In this document: piece after piece, positions 28,891 through 38,687 of the stretch
How positions within the stretch are numbered: the first letter of the stretch is position 1
Layout of the letters: each line of letters begins with the position of its first letter
From: a virus
Taxonomy: Duplodnaviria > Caudoviricetes
IMG/VR virus record: IMGVR_UViG_3300042545_000821
Coordinates: 36,770 to 100,769 of that record
DNA: 64,000 bases
Strand: one strand, 5' to 3'
Position numbers and translations under genes: made by a program
Notes under the pieces: generated by a model
Databases searched by the model: none
Told to the model about the DNA's origin: nothing
What the model saw: the letters and a program-made list of their open reading frames with translations, nothing else

Positions 28891-28916
28891 GGGGGCGGAT
28901 TTTAAGGCCCGCCCCC
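28891..28916 (-). terminator. GC-rich hairpin after the major capsid gene
   Basis: GGGGGCGG...CCGCCCCC; no U-tract; followed by CAACACAAAC. Confidence 0.55.
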
Positions 28917-28928
28917 TAACGGGTTAAA

Positions 28929-30005
28929 TTAGTTGGTTTCTGCTAGAACTACAGACTGATCTGTGATTAGACCTAGACCGTAGATTGCGTACCAAGCAAG
29001 TGCATGCTCACGACCGAAGTCAAGGATACCGCCATCGCGGAGCTCAACTGGTAGAGAGATTGCGTGACCAAATGCATTGTCACCAATAAAGATAGCTGTG
29101 TAGCGATCCTTATTACCGTTACCGGTCTTTGTGACTGGTGTAGTGTAACCTCCACCAGTTGGGTATGCAATGCTGCCAGCAGCAACTGCGGTGTCAGCAG
29201 AGTATCCTGAACCTGCACCGTTTGTTACCTTCTGGATCTGTGTGGTCTCGATAAATACTGTGTCGTATAGACGACCAATTTCACCAAGCATGAAGTTACC
29301 TGGAGCTGCGTACTTTGTTACTTCGATAAACTCTGGGTTGTCACGAAGCTTGCGGCTCTGGTGTGGGTGAATGAATGCAACATATGTCTCACCTAGGCGA
29401 GGAATGTTCTTTGTTGCAAGTGTCTCTACTGCGTCCTTAACAACACCTGTAGTGAGGTCAAATGCGCCAGTTAGAGATGCACGGTTTGTACCAGCGGTAC
29501 CTGTTCCGTACCAGTCATTTGCAGCTGTAAGACCTGTGCGGTCATAGCCGTAGATAACTGAAGATGCGGCCATGAGTGTGTCACGAGCCTGACCATCAAG
29601 GTATAGGGCCATGTTACGGCCAAGTAGACGTGAAGCTGAAGCCATTACGTCATCGAATGATGCGTTAAGTAGGAGTTCAGAAACAGCAATCGCATAACCG
29701 TGTTCAGCAACTGTAATTGAGAATTGCTGAGCTGTTAGTGCCTTAGTTTCCATACGAACGCCTTCAACAAGCGTACCGGCAAAGCCGAGGTTGTTGTAAC
29801 GCATAAAGTTGATCTGAAGACCTGGTGCAACTCCTAGTTCTGTCTTCTTAACAGCGAACTGTTCGAAGCGAAGAATAGGCATTGACTGGAAAAGAATTTC
29901 CTTTGACCAGATGGTCTGAATTGCTTGTGTAAGCTGGCTGTTAGCGCCAGAATACGCTGTTGGGGCAGCGGCTAGATTGCCGGTACCAGTTACGGCTGAT
30001 GCCAT
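28929..30005 (-). CDS. major capsid protein (N4-gp56-like)
   Basis: I.FMRYNNL, TVAEHGYA..VSE, Y.AFIHPHQ, GEIGRL..TVFIETT, DFGRE..LAWY; strongly biased codons; after scaffold. Confidence 0.92.
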   Translation of the reverse strand: MASAVTGTGNLAAAPTAYSGANSQLTQAIQTIWSKEILFQSMPILRFEQFAVKKTELGVAPGLQINFMRYNNLGFAGTLVEGVRMETKALTAQQFSITVAEHGYAIAVSELLLNASFDDVMASASRLLGRNMALYLDGQARDTLMAASSVIYGYDRTGLTAANDWYGTGTAGTNRASLTGAFDLTTGVVKDAVETLATKNIPRLGETYVAFIHPHQSRKLRDNPEFIEVTKYAAPGNFMLGEIGRLYDTVFIETTQIQKVTNGAGSGYSADTAVAAGSIAYPTGGGYTTPVTKTGNGNKDRYTAIFIGDNAFGHAISLPVELRDGGILDFGREHALAWYAIYGLGLITDQSVVLAETN

Positions 30006-30061
30006 GTCGGTGTTACTCCTTAGTTAATTAATTAATTAATTGGTAGGTAATGTCTTTAGAA

Positions 30062-30835
30062 CTACCCGAATATTCCCTTGCCACGATCAGTTGCTGCTTG
30101 TCCTAACAACTTACCGCGATATTTTGCGTATTCAGTAACCGACATAGCGGCAATTTGATCCGCTGTGAACTGTTGTTGATCCGAATTAGTGTCGAGGGGT
30201 CCGGTTGGCGGCGCGGTTACCCGGCTGCCTGTCATTTCTTTACGAGCAGACTGCATAGCCTGCTGTGCAGATTCAAGGATACGGGATGACCGATCCTTTA
30301 GTCCCGTGATGCTCTCCTCAATTTCTTCCTTACTGTTTCCAGCAATTAGGTCGAGAAGTTCCGGGATTATTTCATTTTCTTCTTGACGTAGGCGGCTAGT
30401 GCGGTACTCATTGAGTTCCGTATACTCGCGCTCGCGTTCTAGAAGTTTAAAAGCTCTTTCACGTTCATTGCGCTCCTGCTCAAGACTTTTTGCCCATTCT
30501 TGTTCTTTTGTTTCCAAAAGTTGACGGACATCCATCTCAGCCTCTGCCTTTTTACGGGTATCAGCTTCCTGTTCTGCACGAAGCTTTTCAGCTTCTGCTT
30601 GACGCTCTTCGCGCTCCTTCTTCAGAATATTAAGTTCTTCTTTCAAAGAATCTATCTGAGGATAGAGTTTGGACTTTTCCTGCTCTCTAACCCGACGAAG
30701 ATCTTCTTCGGAGTAGGACTTATCAGGAGTCTGAGATTGCATTGGTGTTACTAAAGCTTCTGTTGCTACTGGCACGTCTTGGAAGAATGCTTCCTGGGCT
30801 GCCGGTGTATCAACAATATTTGTTGTTTCTGACAT
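30062..30835 (-). CDS. capsid scaffolding protein
   Basis: Coiled-coil, Glu/Lys-rich; C-terminal IAAMS..EYAKYR; between portal and MCP. Confidence 0.8.
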   Translation of the reverse strand: MSETTNIVDTPAAQEAFFQDVPVATEALVTPMQSQTPDKSYSEEDLRRVREQEKSKLYPQIDSLKEELNILKKEREERQAEAEKLRAEQEADTRKKAEAEMDVRQLLETKEQEWAKSLEQERNERERAFKLLEREREYTELNEYRTSRLRQEENEIIPELLDLIAGNSKEEIEESITGLKDRSSRILESAQQAMQSARKEMTGSRVTAPPTGPLDTNSDQQQFTADQIAAMSVTEYAKYRGKLLGQAATDRGKGIFG

Positions 30836-30943
30836 ATTTATTCCTTAGGTTTAAGAGGTCGTTGTCCGAATAAGTGCCACGATGACCTGCGGATATCGTT
30901 TGGAGTAGGTTGACAAATTTCTTAGGTTTTGTCAGCCTAAACT

Positions 30944-32650
30944 TTATTCTTCTCCGTATGTCGAGTCGCTTTTAGGTCCTCGACGTTGTGGGAGCTTAGT
31001 ACCGTATGCTTTTGTTACTAAGTCTGTTTGCATCTGCTCAATTGTTTGAGCTTCAAATGGGGTAACTATTCCTGGTTGACCAGCAGGTCCAGGCCCAACG
31101 CCCGCTCCAGCCTCTTGTCCAGGGGCTAATTCGCCCTGTCCTTCAGGTAGTATTCCAGTAAGTGATGCAATAGCTGAGTTGATCTGTGACTTGATGAGGT
31201 TCAAGGCCCCATCGGCCTTGGCGTCTTCTATAAGCTCTGAACGGATTTCTTCTAGCTTCTCGTCTGGGAAGTCTTCGCCTAGGGTACGTAATGCCCCTTC
31301 TCGGCTTTCTAAGTTCATACTCATTTTTGTTTGAATTTCATTCAAAAGAATTAGCTTGTCTAGTGGGAGAGGCTGTGGGAAGTGCACAGTAGTCTCATAC
31401 GTTAGTGGATCATTAGGGTCGCATACCTGTAGTTGATCCGCTTTAATTGGGCCGTTAAAGTCGGGATTATACATAAACATCTCTGGTTCTTTAACTGCAA
31501 GAGTTAAAAGAATAAGCTCATTAATTCTTTTTAAACCTTCGCTGTATTGAACAATCTTTTGGTTGTATCGGTTCATAAGTGGCTGATACTGGATAGCCAA
31601 AGCAACGCCGGAAGTATTAGAAATTTGCTGTACTTGACCAAGAGCAGACTCAGGAACACCAATCATCTCGTGCATGGATGTCTTAATAATCTTTAGGTAC
31701 TCCATAGCACCTACAAGACCTTGTCCGCCACCTTCGAGGTTAAATACTTGAGCGTCTTTTGGTAGCCCGCCCCAGACCTTTTTAGGTCCCTTTTCTAGGG
31801 ACGAGGCCTTAGCACCTGTAATAACAGTAACTGGTGCCGCATGGTAGTTAACAATATCTGAGATATCAGTAGCAATTTCGTTGTAGCTACGGTTTAAAAC
31901 AATAATGTCGTGGCCATCTGAAAGGCCCCAGGGAGAACCAGAAACACGTACGTTAGGTATATGAATAACCGGAACAGTTCCTAGTGGGTTTGGTCGTGAA
32001 TCAATAAGCTCATCATTAATATATTCTTCAATACGGTCATCTGTAAGGATTTCAGTGTATGTGTATACCTGACGTGTTCCTTCAAGGGAAGTACCCCAGA
32101 ATCGATACTTAAGCTTAAATCGTATTAAACGTGAACGATCGTGTGGGTGAAACTCTGGAAAACAAAATGAGGAGTTAAGCGGAAGTATTCGCACACGTCC
32201 TGGATGATTGCGGCCTACACTATCCGTAAAAGCTTCTTCATAGGCGACCTTTACAAAACAGTCCCCAGAAACTCCGCCTTGTTGGCCCATTTCCCACATA
32301 ACGCCATGCTTATCGTTATCTGTTTCCCACACTCTTTTTAAGACATCGGGGATGATTGCTTCTGTTGAGTAAGGGCTACGGAATGAGGCTCCGCGACCAA
32401 AACTAAAATTTACTATGTAATCTGTAAAAGCTCTATAATAGTTAAATACCATTTGTGCTTCGCCAATTTCACGGCGGTAAGCCCAATGGTGCCCAAGGTA
32501 CATTGCCCAGTTAAGAGAGTATCTATTTAAGCGTGGGCCGTGTACTTCAAACTCTTCATCAGCAAGTTCTACAAGACCTAGTGGTGAAATGGAAATCGTT
32601 AAGTCAGATGAGGCTGCCCTATAACTAGGTGGGCTAAAGTCAATGCTCAC
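30944..32650 (-). CDS. portal protein
   Basis: NPLG.VPVIHIPN, WG.SD, SNTSGVAL.I.YQPL (SPP1 gp6-like). Confidence 0.9.
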   Translation of the reverse strand: MSIDFSPPSYRAASSDLTISISPLGLVELADEEFEVHGPRLNRYSLNWAMYLGHHWAYRREIGEAQMVFNYYRAFTDYIVNFSFGRGASFRSPYSTEAIIPDVLKRVWETDNDKHGVMWEMGQQGGVSGDCFVKVAYEEAFTDSVGRNHPGRVRILPLNSSFCFPEFHPHDRSRLIRFKLKYRFWGTSLEGTRQVYTYTEILTDDRIEEYINDELIDSRPNPLGTVPVIHIPNVRVSGSPWGLSDGHDIIVLNRSYNEIATDISDIVNYHAAPVTVITGAKASSLEKGPKKVWGGLPKDAQVFNLEGGGQGLVGAMEYLKIIKTSMHEMIGVPESALGQVQQISNTSGVALAIQYQPLMNRYNQKIVQYSEGLKRINELILLTLAVKEPEMFMYNPDFNGPIKADQLQVCDPNDPLTYETTVHFPQPLPLDKLILLNEIQTKMSMNLESREGALRTLGEDFPDEKLEEIRSELIEDAKADGALNLIKSQINSAIASLTGILPEGQGELAPGQEAGAGVGPGPAGQPGIVTPFEAQTIEQMQTDLVTKAYGTKLPQRRGPKSDSTYGEE

Positions 32651-32692
32651 TTGCCGTCACTCTCCATAAATCTATGTCGCCCTTTCATTTGA

Positions 32693-32962
32693 TTACAGTA
32701 TGTTCCGCTCTTTTTTCTCTTTTTTAATCCTTGAAATTTTTGCTTTTTTCTTATCTTCTAATTCTTTTTTAGGATCTCGTAATTTTGGATCTACTTCTCG
32801 TATAGAGCTTACCCAATCGCCGCCTTGTCTAGCGTACTCTTGACTAGCCCATTTATTAGCTGCCCTGTTAGTGCCAGCACCTGGACGTTTTGTTGGATAC
32901 TTAGCTTTCGCTTGTCGCATCAAGCTATTCCATAGCTTTTGATTCGCTGCTACTTTAGCCAT
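32693..32962 (-). CDS. small basic hypothetical protein
   Basis: LW......AKAKY....A..W....Y...GG.W. Confidence 0.7.
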   Translation of the reverse strand: MAKVAANQKLWNSLMRQAKAKYPTKRPGAGTNRAANKWASQEYARQGGDWVSSIREVDPKLRDPKKELEDKKKAKISRIKKEKKERNIL

Positions 32963-33038
32963 TTATCTCCTAAATAATTACAGGTGCCCGACTTCGGAGA
33001 AAGAGTACGAAGCCGGGTACCTGTAAAGTATATCTTAT

Positions 33039-33443
33039 TTAGTCTGTAACAGCTGCAGGGTTCATGCGTCCATAGCGTGATCCTGAGCGAATTACTTCTT
33101 CGATCTTAATTTCTGCATAGTCACCGAAAGTTCCGCTTGAGAACTCCCCAACATATGTAGGTGCCTCTACCCAAGCAGCAGATCCAACGTGAGCGCGAGC
33201 TCGCATGGTCTCTTCTGGGTATTTTTCCATAACATTAACGTTATGGTTTGGGCGACCAGCTGGTGTGTCGTAACCTTGGTTAAGACCGAGCTGGAAGTCA
33301 TTTGGAACGTCTGTATCAGTAGCTACGCCTTCTTCAAAACGAAGTGGACCACGAAGTCCTGCCTGTGCTGCTGACATTTTACGCTCATAGACTGTTCCCA
33401 CGCGCTCTGGGAACGATGGAACTGGCGCAATGTTTTCTGCCAT
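33039..33443 (-). CDS. conserved hypothetical structural protein
   Basis: GPLRFEEG.ATDTDVP, RAHVGSAAWVEAP; capsid-like codon bias; AGGAG RBS. Confidence 0.75.
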   Translation of the reverse strand: MAENIAPVPSFPERVGTVYERKMSAAQAGLRGPLRFEEGVATDTDVPNDFQLGLNQGYDTPAGRPNHNVNVMEKYPEETMRARAHVGSAAWVEAPTYVGEFSSGTFGDYAEIKIEEVIRSGSRYGRMNPAAVTD

Positions 33444-33528
33444 TTATATTTTCTCCTATAGGTTTAAGGATCCTTAAGTAAGAGTTTGGTACTAATACTT
33501 AAACTTTTCTGCCTAAACTCAAAAATCT

Positions 33529-35184
33529 TTACTTAAAGAAAGGAGATGCACTTACCTCTACGGTAGGCATAACCATCTCTTGAGTTAAAGAACAAGCTAG
33601 GGCCAATGCGTCCACAAAGTCATCGTGAGCATGCGCCTCTTCAGGAGCCGCCACTAAGAAGTTAGGACCCTTATATTGTACTTCCGCATCGGTCATTTGT
33701 TGGTAGAAACGCTTCCACATACGTAATCTTCTAGTTTTGGCGTGAGCTGGCCAAGATATCATCTGGCGTTGAATTAGGGCTTGAAGGTGCTTCCAACGCT
33801 TTGACTGCTCGGTAGGGCTAGAAAGGGAAGAAATTACTTGCGCCCTGGGTAGCAAAATCTTTAGTCTTTGAGCTACGGCATCTCCTACTCCGTTAGAGTC
33901 CACCGCAACAGCCATGACGTCATAATTACCTAAAAAGTTTACTATTTGAAAATACTGCTCTTCCCAGTCATCTCCCTGGATTTCCATCCAGTTTAAGATG
34001 CGATGATCGTAGTAGCCAAACTCATCTGGACGATCCCAGTCAACCCAAACAACTGTAACGACTGTAGAGTCCATTTTTCTAGCCGGGTCGATACCAACTA
34101 CTACAGGAGATCTATGCCAGCTTTTTACAACTTCTTGAGAAGTATCGCCAAGATCATCCATAACAGAGGAAGTAACGAACATTCCACGTTCTAATAGCCA
34201 TTTGCAGTTATAAGATAGTTGAAACTCATCAGAGTCTTCGCCAATACGTAGCATCTCTTTTCTAATGAACTTCTCATAATTAGGGTTAAATTTAGCTACA
34301 TCTTTCCAGTCCCATTGAAAATGGTTTTGTCTGGAGGATCTACCGGTCTGCCTACGCTTGTTTAATTGAATAGACCTATAAAAGTTATTTTTATGCGTGG
34401 TGGGTGTCCCTGTCTTAACCATAGTTGCGTTGTAGTACGCACCCATAGGAGCAATAGACTTAGAAACAATAAAGTCATCTGCTTCTTGACACTCATCAAT
34501 AACCATCAAATGAAAAGACTTAGACTCAATCTTTGCACGTGGGTTAGCGGTCATCATCATAAGAGATGACCCCGAGTTCTTTAATTTGATATTTCTTGTT
34601 ACTCCTGGAGTTTTGACGGTCATGTCATCAATTTCAGCGTCCCCTAGGACTTCTAGCGCACGCTCACTTGTTAGACGAGACACGGTTCTAGAAAACAAAG
34701 TTTCTGCTTGAGCTTGAATAGGAGCAAACATTCCCACCCATATACCGTCTGCAAACTTACTTAATAGTTCTGGATACATTTTTGCTAAACGGGGCAGCAA
34801 AACCATCAGGGTAGCAACAGTATCAGCTACAGTTTCTGACTTACCTGACTGACGTGAGGCTAAAGCGGTTACTTCTTCGCCATCGTTAACAATTACAGAT
34901 TCAATAATGCGTCTAGCTAAAGGTTTTTGATATGGGTGTAGATCATGTCCTACTAATATGACCATAAAATCCATAATTTTATTTACAAGTAGGTCGACAA
35001 ACTCTTTAGATAATTCATCAAGCTCGTCTTCTTTATGAAGTTTTTCAAATTCTTCTACATCGTCATAATCATAATCTTCATTAGGCGCGTGGTCTATTAC
35101 ATCTAAATCGTCAAGTTCACTTTCGTCGTCTTCAAATTCTTCTTCGTCTTCCTCAAGGTCTTCAAAATCAAAATCTTCTTTCAT
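33529..35184 (-). CDS. terL: terminase large subunit
   Basis: Walker A SRQSGKS, Walker B VIDECQ, TGTP coupling motif, nuclease GIDPA and HDDFVDAL. Confidence 0.95.
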   Translation of the reverse strand: MKEDFDFEDLEEDEEEFEDDESELDDLDVIDHAPNEDYDYDDVEEFEKLHKEDELDELSKEFVDLLVNKIMDFMVILVGHDLHPYQKPLARRIIESVIVNDGEEVTALASRQSGKSETVADTVATLMVLLPRLAKMYPELLSKFADGIWVGMFAPIQAQAETLFSRTVSRLTSERALEVLGDAEIDDMTVKTPGVTRNIKLKNSGSSLMMMTANPRAKIESKSFHLMVIDECQEADDFIVSKSIAPMGAYYNATMVKTGTPTTHKNNFYRSIQLNKRRQTGRSSRQNHFQWDWKDVAKFNPNYEKFIRKEMLRIGEDSDEFQLSYNCKWLLERGMFVTSSVMDDLGDTSQEVVKSWHRSPVVVGIDPARKMDSTVVTVVWVDWDRPDEFGYYDHRILNWMEIQGDDWEEQYFQIVNFLGNYDVMAVAVDSNGVGDAVAQRLKILLPRAQVISSLSSPTEQSKRWKHLQALIQRQMISWPAHAKTRRLRMWKRFYQQMTDAEVQYKGPNFLVAAPEEAHAHDDFVDALALACSLTQEMVMPTVEVSASPFFK

Positions 35185-35408
35185 TGGGACCTTTCACGTA
35201 GGGTATCAACTATAGCTTTAAGGGCTTCTATACCCACGTTTGCTTCTTCTAGATAAAAAGTGTCCCCACTTTTTTGCCAAGTGGCTAAGTTACGACTAAC
35301 TGAATAGAGCGCGTTTTCTGACCAACCTACTAGTTCAGCACTAGGTAAGCTAGCAACTCTCTTTTCAAGCTTTGTTTTCTCTCTTTGTTCTTTCTTCTTT
35401 TTGAACAT
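35181..35408 (-). CDS. hypothetical protein
   Basis: ATGA-coupled to terL. Confidence 0.7.
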   Translation of the reverse strand: MFKKKKEQREKTKLEKRVASLPSAELVGWSENALYSVSRNLATWQKSGDTFYLEEANVGIEALKAIVDTLRERSQ

Positions 35409-35700
35409 TTAGTTCGTTCTCCAAATCCATAGACCTAATAAAATCCCAATCAACCTCATCTTTTTTCAAACCCCTACCATTTATAGCGTAGGTTAGCGCT
35501 TGATTTTCTGAGTAACCAGTTTCTTTCCAGTGCCCTATAACTATAGCTTTACAGGTAAAGGGTACCCTAATTGCTAACCCATGGCCTCTTCTGAATGGCT
35601 CGTCAATTTCTTGCGTATCTGCGGGTTCCCATAAACCTTTAGGCTTATACGGATAAGTAAGGTTGTGCCAGTAAAAATTACCAAAGTCTCGTGTTCTCAT
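35365..35700 (-). CDS. hypothetical protein
   Basis: In operon; TQEIDEPFRRG. Confidence 0.7.
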   Translation of the reverse strand: MRTRDFGNFYWHNLTYPYKPKGLWEPADTQEIDEPFRRGHGLAIRVPFTCKAIVIGHWKETGYSENQALTYAINGRGLKKDEVDWDFIRSMDLENELNVQKEERTKRENKA

Positions 35701-36317
35701 GTGTTCTTCTTTATTTGAAGGGCTCTTGCGCCTCTATAGGCTAGATACCGTAGTTTAGGTGGTAGGTCTGAAGTACTTGCGGGACCTCTAGGTTTAAAGT
35801 TTAAGTGGTCTGATATATACGCCCACTTAGTGGTTAAACGTTTGAAATCTCTCCATTCGTCAATACTAACATCGTAATAGTTATAAATTGTTGAGTCCCT
35901 AAATACAAGCGTTAAGACAGATCTTTCTGGCGAGTAAGATGCCGCAACAGTTCGTGGCCTATCAATTTGGCTAGTTTGTGTTGGGACCTCTGTAAACTCC
36001 TCATCATCAAAAGGTGCGGGGCCATAGGCGGGGTCGTCTTCTGGATAGATGGCAAGAGCATCATCACCAGATCTATACGGACCAGTCTGGTCAATATTAT
36101 ACCCAGCGCCTCTAACGTCAATGTCTTTGTCTATATCTGACCCAAAGGTTTCTAAAACCTCTGTAAAGTCATATCGACCTTTTTCGTAAGCACTACGAAC
36201 ATTTGCTGGCAAGCCCTCTAAATACTTTTGCTGGTCTACTTGATTTCTTACGCTACCAATTGCAGACCTTGCTTTTCTGGCAGCTATTTGCGCTGGAGTT
36301 AGTTTTCTTTCTGCCAC
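35697..36317 (-). CDS. KTSC-domain protein
   Basis: ASY.PE...L.LVFR...IYNYYDV....W..F. Confidence 0.7.
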   Translation of the reverse strand: MAERKLTPAQIAARKARSAIGSVRNQVDQQKYLEGLPANVRSAYEKGRYDFTEVLETFGSDIDKDIDVRGAGYNIDQTGPYRSGDDALAIYPEDDPAYGPAPFDDEEFTEVPTQTSQIDRPRTVAASYSPERSVLTLVFRDSTIYNYYDVSIDEWRDFKRLTTKWAYISDHLNFKPRGPASTSDLPPKLRYLAYRGARALQIKKNT

Positions 36318-36321
36318 TTAG

Positions 36322-36585
36322 TTACTCCTCGCAAATATGTGTTTCAGTTTGAGAATCAGCTATTACTAGGTCACAAGAGTTACAACTAAACCATTTTGAC
36401 TCTTTAAAGTTATTTTGTGCAGTTCCTTCAACGGGGAGATCTTCTTCCCCACTATCTGACTGACGACCATATTCATATATGATTTTTGGTTCAGCTAATA
36501 GCTCCGGTGGAAAAGGGCCCCTAGGTTCAGTTACCCTACCGGGTACTGGGTGCCCTTGACGAGTTATGATCCGTTCAATTCTCAT
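36322..36585 (-). CDS. hypothetical Zn-finger protein
   Basis: CNSC...H.C. Confidence 0.6.
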   Translation of the reverse strand: MRIERIITRQGHPVPGRVTEPRGPFPPELLAEPKIIYEYGRQSDSGEEDLPVEGTAQNNFKESKWFSCNSCDLVIADSQTETHICEE

Positions 36586-36764
36586 TCAGCTGATGGTGCT
36601 TCAGGCTCTGCCGGTGCTTTTTTCTTTACTGGCTTAGCTTCTTCTTCTTTTACTTCCTCTTTAATTGCTTCTTCAATTGAAGGCGCTGGAGGTGGTGTAA
36701 CTACCGGTAGCTCGCTAACGGCATCAGTAATAGAGTTTTTATACTCTTCCCAAGATAATTTCAT
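36582..36764 (-). CDS. hypothetical protein
   Basis: AAGGAG RBS; ATGA coupling. Confidence 0.65.
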   Translation of the reverse strand: MKLSWEEYKNSITDAVSELPVVTPPPAPSIEEAIKEEVKEEEAKPVKKKAPAEPEAPSAE

Positions 36765-36824
36765 ATGTAGCTCCTTTTCGACCCTAGTTTACACGTAGTC
36801 TATGTTTTTTATCACACTCAACGG

Positions 36825-36854
36825 TTGCGTGACCCCTGTATTTACTGCTACGGT
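36825..36854 (+). promoter_or_regulatory. putative sigma-A-type promoter for the transglycosylase gene
   Basis: TTGCGT-18 nt-TACGGT with TG extension upstream of a structured leader. Confidence 0.4.
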
Positions 36855-36995
36855 ATATCCATGGCCTGGGCAACTGGGCCATCACTAACTACGTAACAAA
36901 AGGGTTGCAGTACGAACTTAACAGACAGACGTTGAGTTGCCTCATGTGAGTGACACACATAGGGTCAGAACTGGCCTTCTAGCCTAGGAGATAGT

Positions 36996-37514
36996 GTGCA
37001 AGGTAATGCTAAACAGAAAATTGGAATACTCGTACTATGTGCCGCACTTCCGTGGATACCTCCAGCTCTAGCAGCTGAAGAAGAACCTACTGTAACTGTG
37101 GCCGTGCCAGTAAAAACTGGCCTAGACCTATACAGAGACGCTACCGAGCTCTCAGACCAAAACCTTAAAGACCTTCTCATTCAGGTAGGTTTTAAAGGAC
37201 AAGCCCTCAGGATTGCCTGGGCGGTTGCCAAGAAAGAATCTAACGGTCGTCCAAAAGCCCATAACGGAGACACAAGCACTGGAGATAATTCCTATGGAAT
37301 TTTCCAGATAAACATGCTTGGTAGCCTAGGGGAAGCTAGGCGGGAGAAATTCAACCTAGAAAGTGACAAGGATCTATTTGATCCAGTTAAGAACGCTCAA
37401 ATTGCTTACCACATGACAAATGGTGGCAAAGACTGGTCTTCTTGGAAGATATACCCAGGACAACGTAACGGAGAACGATACGAGGACTTTTTACAAAAGT
37501 TCCCTCAGAAGTAA
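36996..37514 (+). CDS. secreted lytic transglycosylase (SLT/Rpf-like)
   Basis: Signal peptide (ALA-A); AVAKKESNG...SYGIFQIN..N...A...W; only plus-strand gene in the late arm. Confidence 0.85.
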   Translation: MQGNAKQKIGILVLCAALPWIPPALAAEEEPTVTVAVPVKTGLDLYRDATELSDQNLKDLLIQVGFKGQALRIAWAVAKKESNGRPKAHNGDTSTGDNSYGIFQINMLGSLGEARREKFNLESDKDLFDPVKNAQIAYHMTNGGKDWSSWKIYPGQRNGERYEDFLQKFPQK

Positions 37515-37515
37515 T

Positions 37516-37548
37516 AAAAAACCCCCGGTTATTAGCCGGGGGTTTTTT
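37516..37548. terminator. bidirectional terminator
   Basis: A6-CCCCCGG...CCGGGGG-T6 between convergent genes. Confidence 0.88.
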
Positions 37549-37549
37549 A

Positions 37550-38131
37550 CTATACGTTACTATTTAGATTATCTATTAAGAGTCCTGCTCTAGGACCATC
37601 GCACCAAACTTCATGTGAATTTTCAAGGGGTAGGTAAAGCATATCCCCGGGGTTTAACGTATGGGTAATGTCCCCATCTATTTTCCAAAAAGATGTTCCT
37701 AGTATTTGCCAATAGAATATGTCATGTGGGTCGTGGTGATCTGAAACAAGCCTATTAGAAAGAGATACTCGTATACCTTGAAAATGCCAATCAAGGTCGC
37801 AAGTATGTGACATGGTTTTATAGTAGCCGCACGAAGTGTCCTCTTGCCCGTTGTTTAAACCGGATAGAAGTTCTGATACCCCTTTAAACTCTTTGAATAT
37901 GTCAGACGTTTGAGGGGCAAGCCAAAACTTGCTTTGTATTTGTACATTACCGATTGATATAAAGTCATCATTACCGTGTTCTTTTACTCTTTTTGCTAAC
38001 TCATGGTTCGTAGTAGTTGACTCTTTGTATAAAAAGTTTAAAACTTCTTCCCAAGTAATGTTTGGGGTTTGGTAGTTTTCAAATACAATGCCGTGGCTAT
38101 TTTGCTTAGCTTCTTTAATTTTATCTAACAT
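37550..38131 (-). CDS. JmjC/cupin 2OG-dependent hydroxylase
   Basis: HHDPHDIFYWQILG...W...LNPGDMLYLP....HEV. Confidence 0.75.
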   Translation of the reverse strand: MLDKIKEAKQNSHGIVFENYQTPNITWEEVLNFLYKESTTTNHELAKRVKEHGNDDFISIGNVQIQSKFWLAPQTSDIFKEFKGVSELLSGLNNGQEDTSCGYYKTMSHTCDLDWHFQGIRVSLSNRLVSDHHDPHDIFYWQILGTSFWKIDGDITHTLNPGDMLYLPLENSHEVWCDGPRAGLLIDNLNSNV

Positions 38132-38138
38132 CGATCAA

Positions 38139-38687
38139 TTACTTACCGCAAGTTGGGCACTTAGCTGCTGGAGCTGCCGACCCCGCTGCTTTAAACTTTG
38201 GGCGACCAAAGCCTACAATTGAAATCATTTCACCGGCCTTGTTCTTCTTGAAAGCACGAAGTTTCTTAGATACTTGACCGCCATTGCGTTGTGAGCCCTT
38301 TTTATCTGGACTAGTGTTTCCTTCGATACACCAAACAGTTCCGTCTTCATTGTCCTTAATAACAATGCCTACGTGAGAAATCCTATCTACGCCATCTGAG
38401 GGAAAATCAAAATAGGCAATATCCCCTGGTTCTGGATCCGCAATGTCACCATCAATCCATGAGCCAGCTTTTTTAAACGCCTGTGCTCCACCTGGAGTGT
38501 AAACAGTATTAGGGATCTTTACCCCAGCCTCGTTTCCACACCAGTTAACGAAGCTTCCGCACCATGGTTGGAAGTTAGCTTTTGTATAAGCTCCGTACTT
38601 TGTTTCGTTGTCCTTAGGACCTTCGATAGTACCTAGCTCTGCTGTAGCAACTTCAATAAGACGAGCCGCTGTTCCTTGATCTGCCAT
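38139..38687 (-). CDS. CHAP-domain endolysin/amidase
   Basis: PWCGSFV.W, GDIAYFD, SHVGIV, IEGNT. Confidence 0.88.
   Translation of the reverse strand: MADQGTAARLIEVATAELGTIEGPKDNETKYGAYTKANFQPWCGSFVNWCGNEAGVKIPNTVYTPGGAQAFKKAGSWIDGDIADPEPGDIAYFDFPSDGVDRISHVGIVIKDNEDGTVWCIEGNTSPDKKGSQRNGGQVSKKLRAFKKNKAGEMISIVGFGRPKFKAAGSAAPAAKCPTCGK

Noticed and set aside
36861-36995. c-di-AMP (ydaO) riboswitch expected upstream of a muralytic gene
   Set aside because: The conserved ydaO sequence blocks are not recognisable; kept only as an unassigned structured leader.
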